DNA from: an uncultured Chitinophagales bacterium
Lineage (GTDB): Bacteria > Bacteroidota > Rhodothermia > Balneolales > HLUCCA01
DNA length: 64,000 bases
Assembly: GCA_964473555.1 (NCBI GenBank)
Contig: CAYYPL010000003.1
Span: forward strand, 191,166-255,165
Reading direction: 5' to 3'
The translations under genes were made by a program, and so were the position numbers. Shown here in pieces: positions 46,481 through 56,173 of the stretch (the first letter of the stretch is position 1; each line of letters begins with the position of its first letter). The notes beneath the pieces are model-generated. The model was not told where the DNA came from and searched no databases. It worked only from the letters and a program-made list of their open reading frames with translations.

Positions 46481-48874
46481 TTAAAATATATGCCCCAACG
46501 CCTCGTCTATCGTCGAAACCGCCACGATTTCCAGACCCTGTTTCACTTTCTCGGGAATCTCGGCCAAATCTTTCACATTATCCGCCGGAATAATGACTTT
46601 GGCTATACGATTTCGTTGTGCTGCCAGTAATTTTTCATTCAATCCACCAATGGCATACACTTCACCACGAATGGTAATCTCGCCGGTCAACGCCACGTCG
46701 TGTCGTATGGGTCGTGCTGTCAATAGCGACAACAGGGCCAGGGCCATGGCCATACCCGCACTTGGACCATCCTTCGGTATGGCTCCCTCCGGGATGTGCA
46801 GGTGAAATTCATGTGTTTCAAAATAACTTTCTTCGATACCGAATCGCTGGGCATTCGACTTCACATAGGTCAAGGCAGCCTGAGCAGACTCTTTCATCAC
46901 ATCGCCCAATTGTCCGGTAAGTGTGAACCTGGATTTCCCTTTTACGGCGGCAACATCGATTTGAAGTATAGATCCTCCGGTTGAGGTCCATGCCAGTCCA
47001 TTTATGGATCCAATTTTGTCGACTTTATCCAGCTGTCGATCCCTATATCGCTCAACTCCCAGAAGTTCTACCACTTTCTTCTCATCGACAGTGATTTTAC
47101 CCACGCGCTTTCCGTCTGCTTTTTTGTTCACCTGGATGCGGGCCAGTTTTCTGCAGACCGATGCCAGCTGTTGTTCAAGTTGTCGCACACCGGACTCCCC
47201 CGTATAACTACGAATAACACGCATCATGGCGGCGTCGGTCATGGTTATCTTATCTGCCGACAATCCATGGGACTGATACAGCTTGGGTAATAGATGTCGG
47301 CGGGCAATCTCGAGTTTATCGTGTTCCAGGTATCCGGGTAGATTGATGATCTCCATCCTGTCAAGCAAGGCCGGCTGGATCTGACTGGCCACATTGGCCG
47401 TTGTAATGAACATAACCTGGGATAAATCGAAATCCAGATCCAGATAATGGTCGTTGAACGTATCGTTTTGTTCCGGATCCAGCACTTCGAGCACGGCAGA
47501 TGATGGATCCCCACGGAAATCATGACTCAATTTGTCGATTTCATCCAGAATAATCACTGGATTCATAGACCCGGCTTTCTTAATTCCCTGAATGATCCGT
47601 CCAGGCATAGATCCAATGTAGGTCTTTCGATGACCACGAATTTCGGCTTCGTCATTGACACCACCCAGGGCAATGCGTACCATTTTACGTCCAAGCGCGT
47701 TCGCAATAGATTTAGCCAGGGATGTTTTTCCCGTACCTGGTGGTCCCACAAAACATAAAATCTGACTTTTGATGGACTTCACCAGATTCAAAACGGCGAT
47801 GTATTCCAGAATCCGTTCCTTGGGCTTTTCCAATCCGAAGTGATCTTTTTCAAGCTCATTTTCTACCACCTTGATGTCCAGATTATCTGAAGTATAGGTT
47901 CCCCAGGGTAGCGAAATGATCCAGTCGATGTAATTTCTGGAAACCGTATACTCGGGCGACATCTGAGGAGTTTTTTTCAGACGGTCGAGCTCTTCCATAG
48001 CTTTGGCTTTGGCGTCGGCACTCATCTGTAGTCCATCGATCACTTCTTTGAGTCGGATCAGCTCGGGATCTCCAAAATCGTTCTGGTCCAGCTCCTCCTG
48101 CAATGCACGGATCTGTTCCTGGATGAAATACTTTTTCTGCGACTCCTGAATATCTTCCTGAACCTTTTCGGTAATGCGATTGGAGACCTCCATCACTTCC
48201 AGCTCACTGGTCAACAGCGTAAGGAAAAACTTGTATTGATCTTCGATCGTGCGCTTTTCAATCAATTTTTGACGATCTTTCAGATCTAAATCCAGGTAGG
48301 AAGCCATATAATACAACTGCTTAGCCGGATCAGATTCGGGATCGAATCCAAGCAGTACTTCCTCAGGAAGTTCACTATTCATCAGTACAAACTTCTCGAA
48401 CTTTTCCCGGGTACGTCGGTTCAAGGTCTTGAAAACGAGCTTATTTTTGGGTTCCGGAAGATTTACGGGAGTGACTTTGGACTCAAACCAGCCTGTTTCA
48501 TTCGTGGTGACTGTCTTGATCTTTCCAATCGTAACACCGCTCACCAGAACTTTCATCAGATTATTTGGCAGGCGCAATACCTGCATTACTTTAGCGATGG
48601 TACCGTACTTGTATAGATCATCTACCGACGGATCTTCCTGATCCGGGTCTTTTTGAGTAAGTAAAAACATAAACTGTGATCCCAACATAGAAGCTTCGAC
48701 AGCCGCCAGACTCGAGTCTCGTCCGACCAGAATCGGGAACATAGAGTAGGGAAATATCAGGGTGTCGCGCAGGGGTAATACCGGAAGCTGATATTCGCTC
48801 GAGGAGTCGAATTCCTCAATCAACAATTCCGGAATCATAATTTCTGTGTTGGAGAGCTGTTTTTTCTTGGCCAT
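46481..48874 (-). CDS. lon: ATP-dependent Lon protease
   Basis: Walker A GPPGTGKTS, the catalytic Ser motif KDGPSAGMAM, and the N-terminal LPVLPLRDTLIFP motif. The start is moved to MAKKKQ (ATG at 48874). Confidence 0.95.
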   Translation of the reverse strand: MAKKKQLSNTEIMIPELLIEEFDSSSEYQLPVLPLRDTLIFPYSMFPILVGRDSSLAAVEASMLGSQFMFLLTQKDPDQEDPSVDDLYKYGTIAKVMQVLRLPNNLMKVLVSGVTIGKIKTVTTNETGWFESKVTPVNLPEPKNKLVFKTLNRRTREKFEKFVLMNSELPEEVLLGFDPESDPAKQLYYMASYLDLDLKDRQKLIEKRTIEDQYKFFLTLLTSELEVMEVSNRITEKVQEDIQESQKKYFIQEQIRALQEELDQNDFGDPELIRLKEVIDGLQMSADAKAKAMEELDRLKKTPQMSPEYTVSRNYIDWIISLPWGTYTSDNLDIKVVENELEKDHFGLEKPKERILEYIAVLNLVKSIKSQILCFVGPPGTGKTSLAKSIANALGRKMVRIALGGVNDEAEIRGHRKTYIGSMPGRIIQGIKKAGSMNPVIILDEIDKLSHDFRGDPSSAVLEVLDPEQNDTFNDHYLDLDFDLSQVMFITTANVASQIQPALLDRMEIINLPGYLEHDKLEIARRHLLPKLYQSHGLSADKITMTDAAMMRVIRSYTGESGVRQLEQQLASVCRKLARIQVNKKADGKRVGKITVDEKKVVELLGVERYRDRQLDKVDKIGSINGLAWTSTGGSILQIDVAAVKGKSRFTLTGQLGDVMKESAQAALTYVKSNAQRFGIEESYFETHEFHLHIPEGAIPKDGPSAGMAMALALLSLLTARPIRHDVALTGEITIRGEVYAIGGLNEKLLAAQRNRIAKVIIPADNVKDLAEIPEKVKQGLEIVAVSTIDEALGHIF

Positions 48875-49090
48875 GAATACGGTAAAAATAATCGATGAAT
48901 GAACCTCTAAGTTAGTCATTTTTCCGGCTTATTGGGTTCTCCTTTTTTTCACAACGATTTTGATGTAAGGAATTTCGAATTTTTGACACATATATAGAGA
49001 CAAAGCCCTCGATCGGATTGGAAAGTGCCCGATTTGGTCATAAATTCAGCGCAATGGCATCAAAATGAACCTTTTTTACGATAACATCCC

Positions 49091-50791
49091 GTGATTAAAA
49101 CGATCTACGTTAAAGATTTTGCGTTAATCGATGAACTTGAAATTCATCCCGGTGCGGGTCTGAATATCATTACGGGACAAACAGGTGCCGGTAAATCTAT
49201 CCTGGTAGGTGCTCTGAATATGATTCTGGGTGAGCGTGCCGACACCGAGGTTATCCGATCAGGAGCCTCCAAAGCCATAGCCGAAGCCATGATTGCGCTT
49301 CCAGCGAAGAATCCTGTACTTGATGGATTACTCAAAGAGGCCGAGGTCGAGGTGGGAACGGAACTCATTCTTCGACGTGAGATTCGGGATTCAGGGAGTC
49401 GGGCATTTATCAATGATACTCCGGTAGCTATTTCGGTATTGAAGGCGGTTGGGGATCAATTGGTTGACCTTCACGGACAACACGACCATCAGTTATTGCT
49501 TCGCGAAGAGAATCATCAATTGGTACTGGATGTGGATGCTGAAGTCATCGCTGCGCTGCATGATTATAGAGTTCAGTTTGAGGCATACACTGCTCTGGAC
49601 CGTGAGCTGAAATCATTGCGGCGCCAGGAACAACAACTTCGCGAAAAACAGGAACTCTATCGCTTCCAGGTAAAGGAATTGGAGCAGGCGCGTCTGGATC
49701 CAGACGAAATCGAAGAGATGGAGAACGAGATGCTTCTGCTTGATAACGCAGAGATCCTGGATCAAAAAGCGGCTTTGATCAGCTCCGTTGGTACTGACGG
49801 TGAACTCGACATCACAACTGTATTAGCCACCCTCGAGCATGCTCTGGAAGATCTGGCCCGAATTGAACCGGAATTCGGTTCCTACCTGCAGGAATTCGAA
49901 GCGGCGCGAATCACGATCCAGGAAACCATCCAGTTTGCTGAACGTTACCGTTCCACCATTGAATTTAATCCCATTCGACTCGAATCACTTCGAAATCGAC
50001 AGTCTGACATCCGAAAACTTGAGAAAAAGTACGGCAAGAACGTGTCCGAACTCCTCGAGTACCTGGATGATGTGCGAAGTAAACTTAATCTGGCCGACCA
50101 TTTCGAAATCGAGATCGAAAAACTCGAACAAAAGCTTGGCACAACCCGAAAAACCCTTACCCTTGCAGCGCTCCGTCTCCACAATGCCCGCATCTTCGCC
50201 GGAACACATCTCAGTGAGTCCATCGTGGCCGAGCTGGCGCATCTCGGCATACCACATGCCGCTTTCCGGGTCGACGTTTCTTGGAATATCGACAAAAACG
50301 GGTGGATCGACATCGAAGGAAACCATGTCGCATGTACCGAGTCAGGAACTGACACCGTACGCTTTTTCATATCCACGAACAAAGGCGAAACGCCCAAACC
50401 GCTGTCCAAAACCGCATCCGGTGGAGAGATCAGTCGCGTCATGCTCGCCCTGAAATCCATTATCGCCCGTGAACAGTCGCTACCAGTTATGATCTTCGAC
50501 GAGATCGATACGGGAATCAGCGGAGAAATCGCAGAAAAAGTCGGGAGAACGATGCGGCGACTCGCATCCAGCTGCCAGATCATCGCCATTACCCACCAAC
50601 CCCAGATCGCCAGTCAGGCTCACCATCATTTCAAGGTTTCAAAAGCTGAGTCAGACGACCGCACCATTACATCCATCACTAAGCTCGACGAAGAACAACA
50701 CATTCTCGAAGTAGCGACACTCATGAGCGGAGCAACCGTGACCAGCGCTGCGATTGAGAGTGCAAGGATACTTATTGAGCAGGCTCAATAA
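49091..50791 (+). CDS. recN: DNA repair protein RecN
   Basis: N-terminal IKDFALIDELEIHPGAGLNIITGQTGAGKSIL, a coiled-coil middle, and a C-terminal signature ASGGEISRVMLAL...FDEIDTGISG. GTG start. Confidence 0.95.
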   Translation: MIKTIYVKDFALIDELEIHPGAGLNIITGQTGAGKSILVGALNMILGERADTEVIRSGASKAIAEAMIALPAKNPVLDGLLKEAEVEVGTELILRREIRDSGSRAFINDTPVAISVLKAVGDQLVDLHGQHDHQLLLREENHQLVLDVDAEVIAALHDYRVQFEAYTALDRELKSLRRQEQQLREKQELYRFQVKELEQARLDPDEIEEMENEMLLLDNAEILDQKAALISSVGTDGELDITTVLATLEHALEDLARIEPEFGSYLQEFEAARITIQETIQFAERYRSTIEFNPIRLESLRNRQSDIRKLEKKYGKNVSELLEYLDDVRSKLNLADHFEIEIEKLEQKLGTTRKTLTLAALRLHNARIFAGTHLSESIVAELAHLGIPHAAFRVDVSWNIDKNGWIDIEGNHVACTESGTDTVRFFISTNKGETPKPLSKTASGGEISRVMLALKSIIAREQSLPVMIFDEIDTGISGEIAEKVGRTMRRLASSCQIIAITHQPQIASQAHHHFKVSKAESDDRTITSITKLDEEQHILEVATLMSGATVTSAAIESARILIEQAQ

Positions 50792-50936
50792 GCGTTTGGA
50801 TGTGATGTTCACACGTTGGCGGGAGCGTTGCTCCCTGTTTGTGTGGCTTTCGCCACGGAGGAGAGAGTAGTCTTCCGCTTGCGAAGCAAGCCCCAACGAT
50901 CGCAACGCGAACACCAACAGAATTCAAAGAATTCGC

Positions 50937-52916
50937 CTACAGCACACGTAGTGTGCGTGTCAATTGCTTCGCAATTGACGTGTAATCTATCCCAACTTCC
51001 CGGTACAGTTCGTCTTGGGAGCCATGCTCGATAACCTCGTCCTGGATTCCCATAATTTTTACCGAAATATCGTTATGATGCTCGGAAATATACTCCGCAA
51101 CAGCTGATCCGAAGCCTCCAATCTTGGTCCCATCTTCCACAGTAACGATATGTCGGTACTTCGTGGCAATCCGGTCAAGTAGTTCCGTATCGAGTGGCTT
51201 GACGAATCGCATGTTCGCATGCCCGACCTGGATACCTTCCCCGGCCAGTAATCTGACTGCTTTACTGGCTTCGTTTCCAATAGTTCCAATGGATAAAATC
51301 ACAACCTCTTTGCCATCAACCAGCATCTCGCCCTTCCCAATTTCCATGGGCTGAGGCAGGCGTCCGTTCAGGAAATTTTCGACTTCACCACGTGGATAAC
51401 GAATGGCGAAGGCGCCTTTTTCGTACCCGGCAGCCGCAGCCATCATATCCTGTAACTCAACTTCGTTCATGGGTGCTCCTACCACCATATGGGGAATACA
51501 TCGCAGGTATGACAAATCATAGAGCCCATGGTGGGTCGGACCGTCAGCACCGACCAATCCACCCCGATCCAGACAGAAGACGACCGGAAGTTTCTGGATA
51601 CACACATCGTGCACTACCTGATCGTAGGCCCTTTGCAGGAAGGTAGAATAAATCGCCACGAATGGTTTCATTCCCTGGGTAGCCAATCCCGCAGCAAAAG
51701 TGACCGCATGCTGCTCGGCAATGCCAACGTCGTAGGTTCGATCGGGCATTTCGTTCATCATTTTCAGAAGTCCGGTGCCGCTAGGCATGGCCGCCGTGAT
51801 TCCAACAATGCGCTTATCGTTCTCAGCCAGGTGGATCAGGGTGTCTGCAAACACATCCTGATACTTGGGCAAGGATGGTTTTTCTGATTTGGCAACCAAT
51901 GAAGCGCCGGTGATTTTGTCAAACGGACTCCCGGAGGCGTGCCACTTCACCTGATCGCGTTCAGCTGGAGCAAATCCTTTTCCTTTTACTGTAACCACAT
52001 GGAGTAATTTTGGTCCCGGAATCTTTTTGAGATCCTGGAGGGTCTTGGTCAAGGCCCTGACGTTGTGTCCGTCTACCGGACCGTAGTACTTAAATCCAAG
52101 CGCCCGGAACAGCGATCCGGGAGTCAGCACGGTTGTGAGTGCGGCTTCCAGACGAGATGCCACCTTACGCATTTTGTCGCCGGCTTTCTTGAAGTGACCG
52201 AGCATATCATACACTTCATCACGAATTTTGTTGAAGGTCTCACTGGTCGTGATTTCCGCCAGATACTCCTTCAAAGCACCCACATTCGGATCTATCGACA
52301 TCCGGTTATCGTTCAATATGACCAAAATATTACTGTTCATGGCTCCAGCATTGTTCAACGCCTCAAACGCCATCCCCGCGGTCATGGATCCGTCGCCAAT
52401 TATGGCAACCACGTGTTTATCGGTATCCTGATGTTCACTTCCAACAGCCATGCCCAGGGCGGCAGAAATGGACGTGCTTGAGTGACCCACACCGAATGTA
52501 TCATACTCACTTTCAGAACGTTTAGGAAAACCGGAAATCCCTTTGTACTTACGATTGGTATGAAATACGTCCCGACGACCAGTCAGTATCTTATGTCCGT
52601 ATGCCTGGTGTCCCACATCCCAAACCAGTAAGTCGTGCGGCGTATCGTATGCGGCATGGAGTGCAACGGTAAGTTCAACCACACCCAGACTCGCGCCGAA
52701 GTGTCCTCCATGGATGGATACCACGTCGATGATAAAATCCCGAAGTTCGTAACTCAGGTCTACCAGTTGGTCAGGCGACAGATTTCTGATGTCGGCAGGG
52801 GAGTTGATTGTGGCCAGGAGTGGTCCAGGCACGGCTACACGTTCAAGAGGATTTGAAGGACGCTGTTCGGCATCCTGCGCTTCAGTTGGTATCGGTAGGG
52901 TTGGATGAGACATCAC
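50937..52916 (-). CDS. dxs: 1-deoxy-D-xylulose-5-phosphate synthase
   Basis: Motifs GHFGASLG, WDVGHQAYGHKILTGR and IIGDGSMTAGMAFEALNNAG (ThDP motif). There is a 4-nt overlap with xseB. Confidence 0.95.
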   Translation of the reverse strand: MMSHPTLPIPTEAQDAEQRPSNPLERVAVPGPLLATINSPADIRNLSPDQLVDLSYELRDFIIDVVSIHGGHFGASLGVVELTVALHAAYDTPHDLLVWDVGHQAYGHKILTGRRDVFHTNRKYKGISGFPKRSESEYDTFGVGHSSTSISAALGMAVGSEHQDTDKHVVAIIGDGSMTAGMAFEALNNAGAMNSNILVILNDNRMSIDPNVGALKEYLAEITTSETFNKIRDEVYDMLGHFKKAGDKMRKVASRLEAALTTVLTPGSLFRALGFKYYGPVDGHNVRALTKTLQDLKKIPGPKLLHVVTVKGKGFAPAERDQVKWHASGSPFDKITGASLVAKSEKPSLPKYQDVFADTLIHLAENDKRIVGITAAMPSGTGLLKMMNEMPDRTYDVGIAEQHAVTFAAGLATQGMKPFVAIYSTFLQRAYDQVVHDVCIQKLPVVFCLDRGGLVGADGPTHHGLYDLSYLRCIPHMVVGAPMNEVELQDMMAAAAGYEKGAFAIRYPRGEVENFLNGRLPQPMEIGKGEMLVDGKEVVILSIGTIGNEASKAVRLLAGEGIQVGHANMRFVKPLDTELLDRIATKYRHIVTVEDGTKIGGFGSAVAEYISEHHNDISVKIMGIQDEVIEHGSQDELYREVGIDYTSIAKQLTRTLRVL

Positions 52917-53107
52917 TGAGAAGTTTGTTGATTCACTTTTTCTATACGCAGTTCAGCGGAATCCAGGATTTCAGAGCAGTATTTTGACAGCTTAAGGCCC
53001 TCTTCATACAAATTAACCGAATCTTCTAATGTGACTGAACCCTCTTCGAGTTTGCTCACGATAGATTCCAGTTTCTTTAAAGCCTCTTCGAAGGTGATTC
53101 GTTCCAT
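52913..53107 (-). CDS. xseB: Exodeoxyribonuclease VII small subunit
   Basis: 64 aa with FEEALKKLESIVSKLEEGSVTLEDSVNLYEEGLKLSKYC. xseB-dxs synteny. Confidence 0.9.
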   Translation of the reverse strand: MERITFEEALKKLESIVSKLEEGSVTLEDSVNLYEEGLKLSKYCSEILDSAELRIEKVNQQTSQ

Positions 53108-53311
53108 GGGTAAGCAGTGTTAGTCATGTAATTCTGTTTTGAATACAATTTAATGAATCAACCTCGTCAGACCAAAGTAAACAAGAAAGAGTATAAATTC
53201 GGAATGCTGTGTTGATTTAAACGGTTATTGGGAATATTTTCGCACATATCTTGTGTAAATAGGGTAAATTAAAACGCCAAATTAACGTATAAACCACATT
53301 AAGGAAGTATC

Positions 53312-53644
53312 ATGGCATACGTCGTTACCGAACCTTGCGTAAACTGTAAGTACACCAACTGCGCGGCAGTTTGTCCCGTGGATGCATTCCGCGAAGGACC
53401 CAATTTTCTGGTTATTGATCCTAATGAGTGTATTGACTGCGACGCTTGTGTTTCGGAGTGTCCCGTTGAAGCTATTTTCCCGGATGATGAAGTTCCGGCA
53501 GCCTGGGAGCATTATATCGAGTGGAACGAACGCCTTGCCGAAAAATGGGCCGATCACGTGATCAATGAAACCAAAGATGCACTCCCCACCGCCGACGAAT
53601 GGGCCGAAAAATCCAAATCGGTTGATGATATTAAAGAGTGGTAA
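53312..53644 (+). CDS. fdxA: 7Fe ferredoxin (3Fe-4S plus 4Fe-4S)
   Basis: Cysteine pattern [26 protein letters not shown]...[12 protein letters not shown]. Confidence 0.9.
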   Translation: MAYVVTEPCVNCKYTNCAAVCPVDAFREGPNFLVIDPNECIDCDACVSECPVEAIFPDDEVPAAWEHYIEWNERLAEKWADHVINETKDALPTADEWAEKSKSVDDIKEW

Positions 53645-54473
53645 TCTGTCCCGTGTCGCGGAGTTGGTCCAATTCGACCGACCCCGCGTTATGGGTATTC
53701 TGAATTGTACCCCCGACTCGTTTTCCGACGGGGGACAGTTTCTCCACACCGACCGGGCCCTTTCCCATCTCGGGCAAATGATTGTTGAAGGGGCAACCTA
53801 CATCGATATTGGCGGGGAATCGACTCGTCCAGGTTCTGATCCCGTCTCGGTGGATGCCGAACTGGATCGCGTAATTCCAGTTCTCGATGCTGCGCTGAAA
53901 TTGTATCCGAATGTGGTCTTTTCTGTGGATACCACCAAGTATGAAGTCGCTTTGGAAGCGTTAAAGTTAGGCGCTCATTTTGTAAACGACGTGAGCGGTC
54001 TGCGAAAAGAGCCTCGTTTCATAGAGCTCTGTGTGAGATACGGTGCTGGAATCATGCTCATGCACTCGATTGGGAATCCCAAGACGATGCAACAAAACCC
54101 TGTGTACCAGGATGTGGTCAAAGAAGTGCGTGAGTATCTGTTGGATAAAGCTTCAATTTGTCAGGGTGCTGGCGTTCCATCGATAATTATCGACCCAGGA
54201 TTCGGGTTTGGAAAGACTCTGGAGCACAATATCACCTTGTTACGTGACTTAAAATATATCACAAATTGTGATTTACCTGTACTTGTTGGAATCTCCAGAA
54301 AATCAATGCTGGGATCCATCACAGGTGGGAAACCTACCGAAGAGAGACTAGCAGCTACGGTTTCGGCTCATTTTTATGCACTGCTGCAGGGAGCAAAACT
54401 TCTCCGTGTACACGATGTGAAAGAGGCCGTAGATTCCATTGCCGTATTTGAGGCGTTAGGATTTTCGTTTTAA
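53625..54473 (+). CDS. folP: Dihydropteroate synthase
   Basis: [15 protein letters not shown] and the [15 protein letters not shown] motif. The start is uncertain: the ATG at 53625 overlaps the fdxA end by 20 nt, and the alternative is the ATG at 53691. Confidence 0.9.
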   Translation: MILKSGNLSRVAELVQFDRPRVMGILNCTPDSFSDGGQFLHTDRALSHLGQMIVEGATYIDIGGESTRPGSDPVSVDAELDRVIPVLDAALKLYPNVVFSVDTTKYEVALEALKLGAHFVNDVSGLRKEPRFIELCVRYGAGIMLMHSIGNPKTMQQNPVYQDVVKEVREYLLDKASICQGAGVPSIIIDPGFGFGKTLEHNITLLRDLKYITNCDLPVLVGISRKSMLGSITGGKPTEERLAATVSAHFYALLQGAKLLRVHDVKEAVDSIAVFEALGFSF

Positions 54474-54543
54474 GCGTATGATGGCTTATATTCCATCATC
54501 ACGGCATTAAGCCTTTACCTGCTAACGCTCACGACCCAATACG

Positions 54544-55344
54544 TTGATCCCACTTGGATTCCTGGATTTCGGCTTCAAAGATCTGATCGAGACCACGATC
54601 ATAGCGATGGTTATTTTCTATATTTATCGCTGGATTCGGGGATCGTTCGCTGTGCCTGCTTTCCTGGGAATCATCATTATATTTTTGATCAATGCCCTTT
54701 TCAGTGTCCTGGGATTCACCACAATCAACTTCATACTCCGCCGCATCACCGATGTGGGAATTTTGGCAGTCATTATCATTTTCCAGCCTGAGATACGGAA
54801 ATTACTGTACAGTTTGGGTCAAAACACGCATTTCGACCGCTTTTTTGCCCGAAAAGAGTCGGAAACAGTCATTGAGGAGGTAATTGAAGCCGTAAAAGCG
54901 ATGTCACGGGCCAAAACCGGAGCTCTCATTGTTTTTGCCAAGTCATCGACACTGCACGACCAGGTTGATCCCGGTATCAAACTCGATGCAAAAGTGACCA
55001 GCAAATTGCTCATGACCATCTTCCAGAAGGATACTCCGTTACATGATGGTGCTGTGGTTATCCGCAATGATCGCATCGTTGCTGCCTCAGCCTACCTTCC
55101 CATATCCCAAAACCCCAATATATCGTCTGTATTCGGAACCCGGCACCGGGCAGCACTTGGAATCAGTGAGACGAACAATGTACTGGTCGTCATTGTGTCG
55201 GAAGAGACCGGGCGGATATCTGTCGCCAGAAACGGATCACTGATCTCGGGCATGACCGTACAGAATCTGCGCGTTGAGATGGAAAAACACCTTGCCGACA
55301 GAACCATCACCAACGAAGAAATCGGATTCAGCTCCGAGGCCTGA
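54544..55344 (+). CDS. cdaA: Diadenylate cyclase CdaA (DisA_N domain, membrane anchored)
   Basis: Three N-terminal TM segments. The DAC motifs TPLHDGAVVI and GTRHRAALG are present. folP-cdaA synteny. TTG start. Confidence 0.85.
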   Translation: MIPLGFLDFGFKDLIETTIIAMVIFYIYRWIRGSFAVPAFLGIIIIFLINALFSVLGFTTINFILRRITDVGILAVIIIFQPEIRKLLYSLGQNTHFDRFFARKESETVIEEVIEAVKAMSRAKTGALIVFAKSSTLHDQVDPGIKLDAKVTSKLLMTIFQKDTPLHDGAVVIRNDRIVAASAYLPISQNPNISSVFGTRHRAALGISETNNVLVVIVSEETGRISVARNGSLISGMTVQNLRVEMEKHLADRTITNEEIGFSSEA

Positions 55345-55345
55345 T

Positions 55346-56062
55346 GTGCATATAAACGTTGCTTCCAGTCACGAGCCCGCGTACATAGCCGGTTCAACTC
55401 CCGGGCTTCTACTCCCTTCCGTGTTCCCCGACATTCAGTGGCTTCGGATAGCCCTGCATGCCAATACCCTGTTTCTTGCCGATAACACCACATTTTCGCG
55501 GAAAAGCCGCTCCCACCGGGGAAAAATCCGAACTCCGGATGGCTTCCAGTGGATCCATGTACCCCTACTCCCCGACGACCGCACCCGTCCCCTGGCTTTG
55601 GCACACCTCGACCAGCGGTCCGACTGGCTTACCCCGATGTGGCGATCATTGGAGTTCAATTACCGAAACAGTATCTATTTCGAATTTTATGAAGATGACC
55701 TGCGCGAATTCTTGCAACATCTCAGAACACTGACCACCTTTCGTCAGGGCTGTGAGCTGGTACTCGAGCAGATTCATACCCTGCTGGAAATCAATCTGCC
55801 CCCGATTGTCTGGCTATCTGAACAGAGGAATCCTGATGGAAATCTGCGACAGGTTCTCGATGCCAACATCCCCATTCTTACCGAAGCAGATTCCCGGAAC
55901 TATCTTGCTCCCCTGCCAGGAAGTGTGTATCCGAGTCCAGATTTACCGCACTACAGGCAACATTTTGGCAGCTTTGAACCGAACTGCTGCTGGCTGGATC
56001 TGCTTTTCGAACGCGGCCCAGATTCCTGGGAATATCTGGACAAGCTTAAAGTGAGTATTTAA
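55346..56062 (+). CDS. WbqC-like family protein
   Basis: The pattern FLADNTTFSRKSRSHRGKIRTPDGFQWIHVPL...WLTPMWRSLEFNYRNSIYFEFY resembles the WbqC family. A GTG start at 55346 directly follows the cdaA stop. Confidence 0.5.
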   Translation: MHINVASSHEPAYIAGSTPGLLLPSVFPDIQWLRIALHANTLFLADNTTFSRKSRSHRGKIRTPDGFQWIHVPLLPDDRTRPLALAHLDQRSDWLTPMWRSLEFNYRNSIYFEFYEDDLREFLQHLRTLTTFRQGCELVLEQIHTLLEINLPPIVWLSEQRNPDGNLRQVLDANIPILTEADSRNYLAPLPGSVYPSPDLPHYRQHFGSFEPNCCWLDLLFERGPDSWEYLDKLKVSI

Positions 56063-56173
56063 CCGTTCTTTTTCTGCCCATTGATTCATTCCATATCCGA
56101 TTTGCCTATATTTACCTCATATCTACAGAAATTGAACGGGTAACATACCCTAACTATCCGATATTCGTTTTTC

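Noticed and set aside
46172-46630. The 152-aa plus-strand ORF.
   Set aside because: It overlaps the SRP RNA gene, its promoter, the 22-bp repeats and the 3-prime end of lon on the opposite strand, so it is spurious.
49839-50589. Two long ORFs of about 200 aa (49839-50453 plus, 49945-50589 minus) inside recN.
   Set aside because: They are alternative-frame or antisense readings of the low-stop coiled-coil region of recN. The Ser/Arg/Pro-rich composition is not protein-like.
53282-53749. The 155-aa minus-strand ORF.
   Set aside because: It is antisense to the strongly supported fdxA and the start of folP, and it has no motifs.
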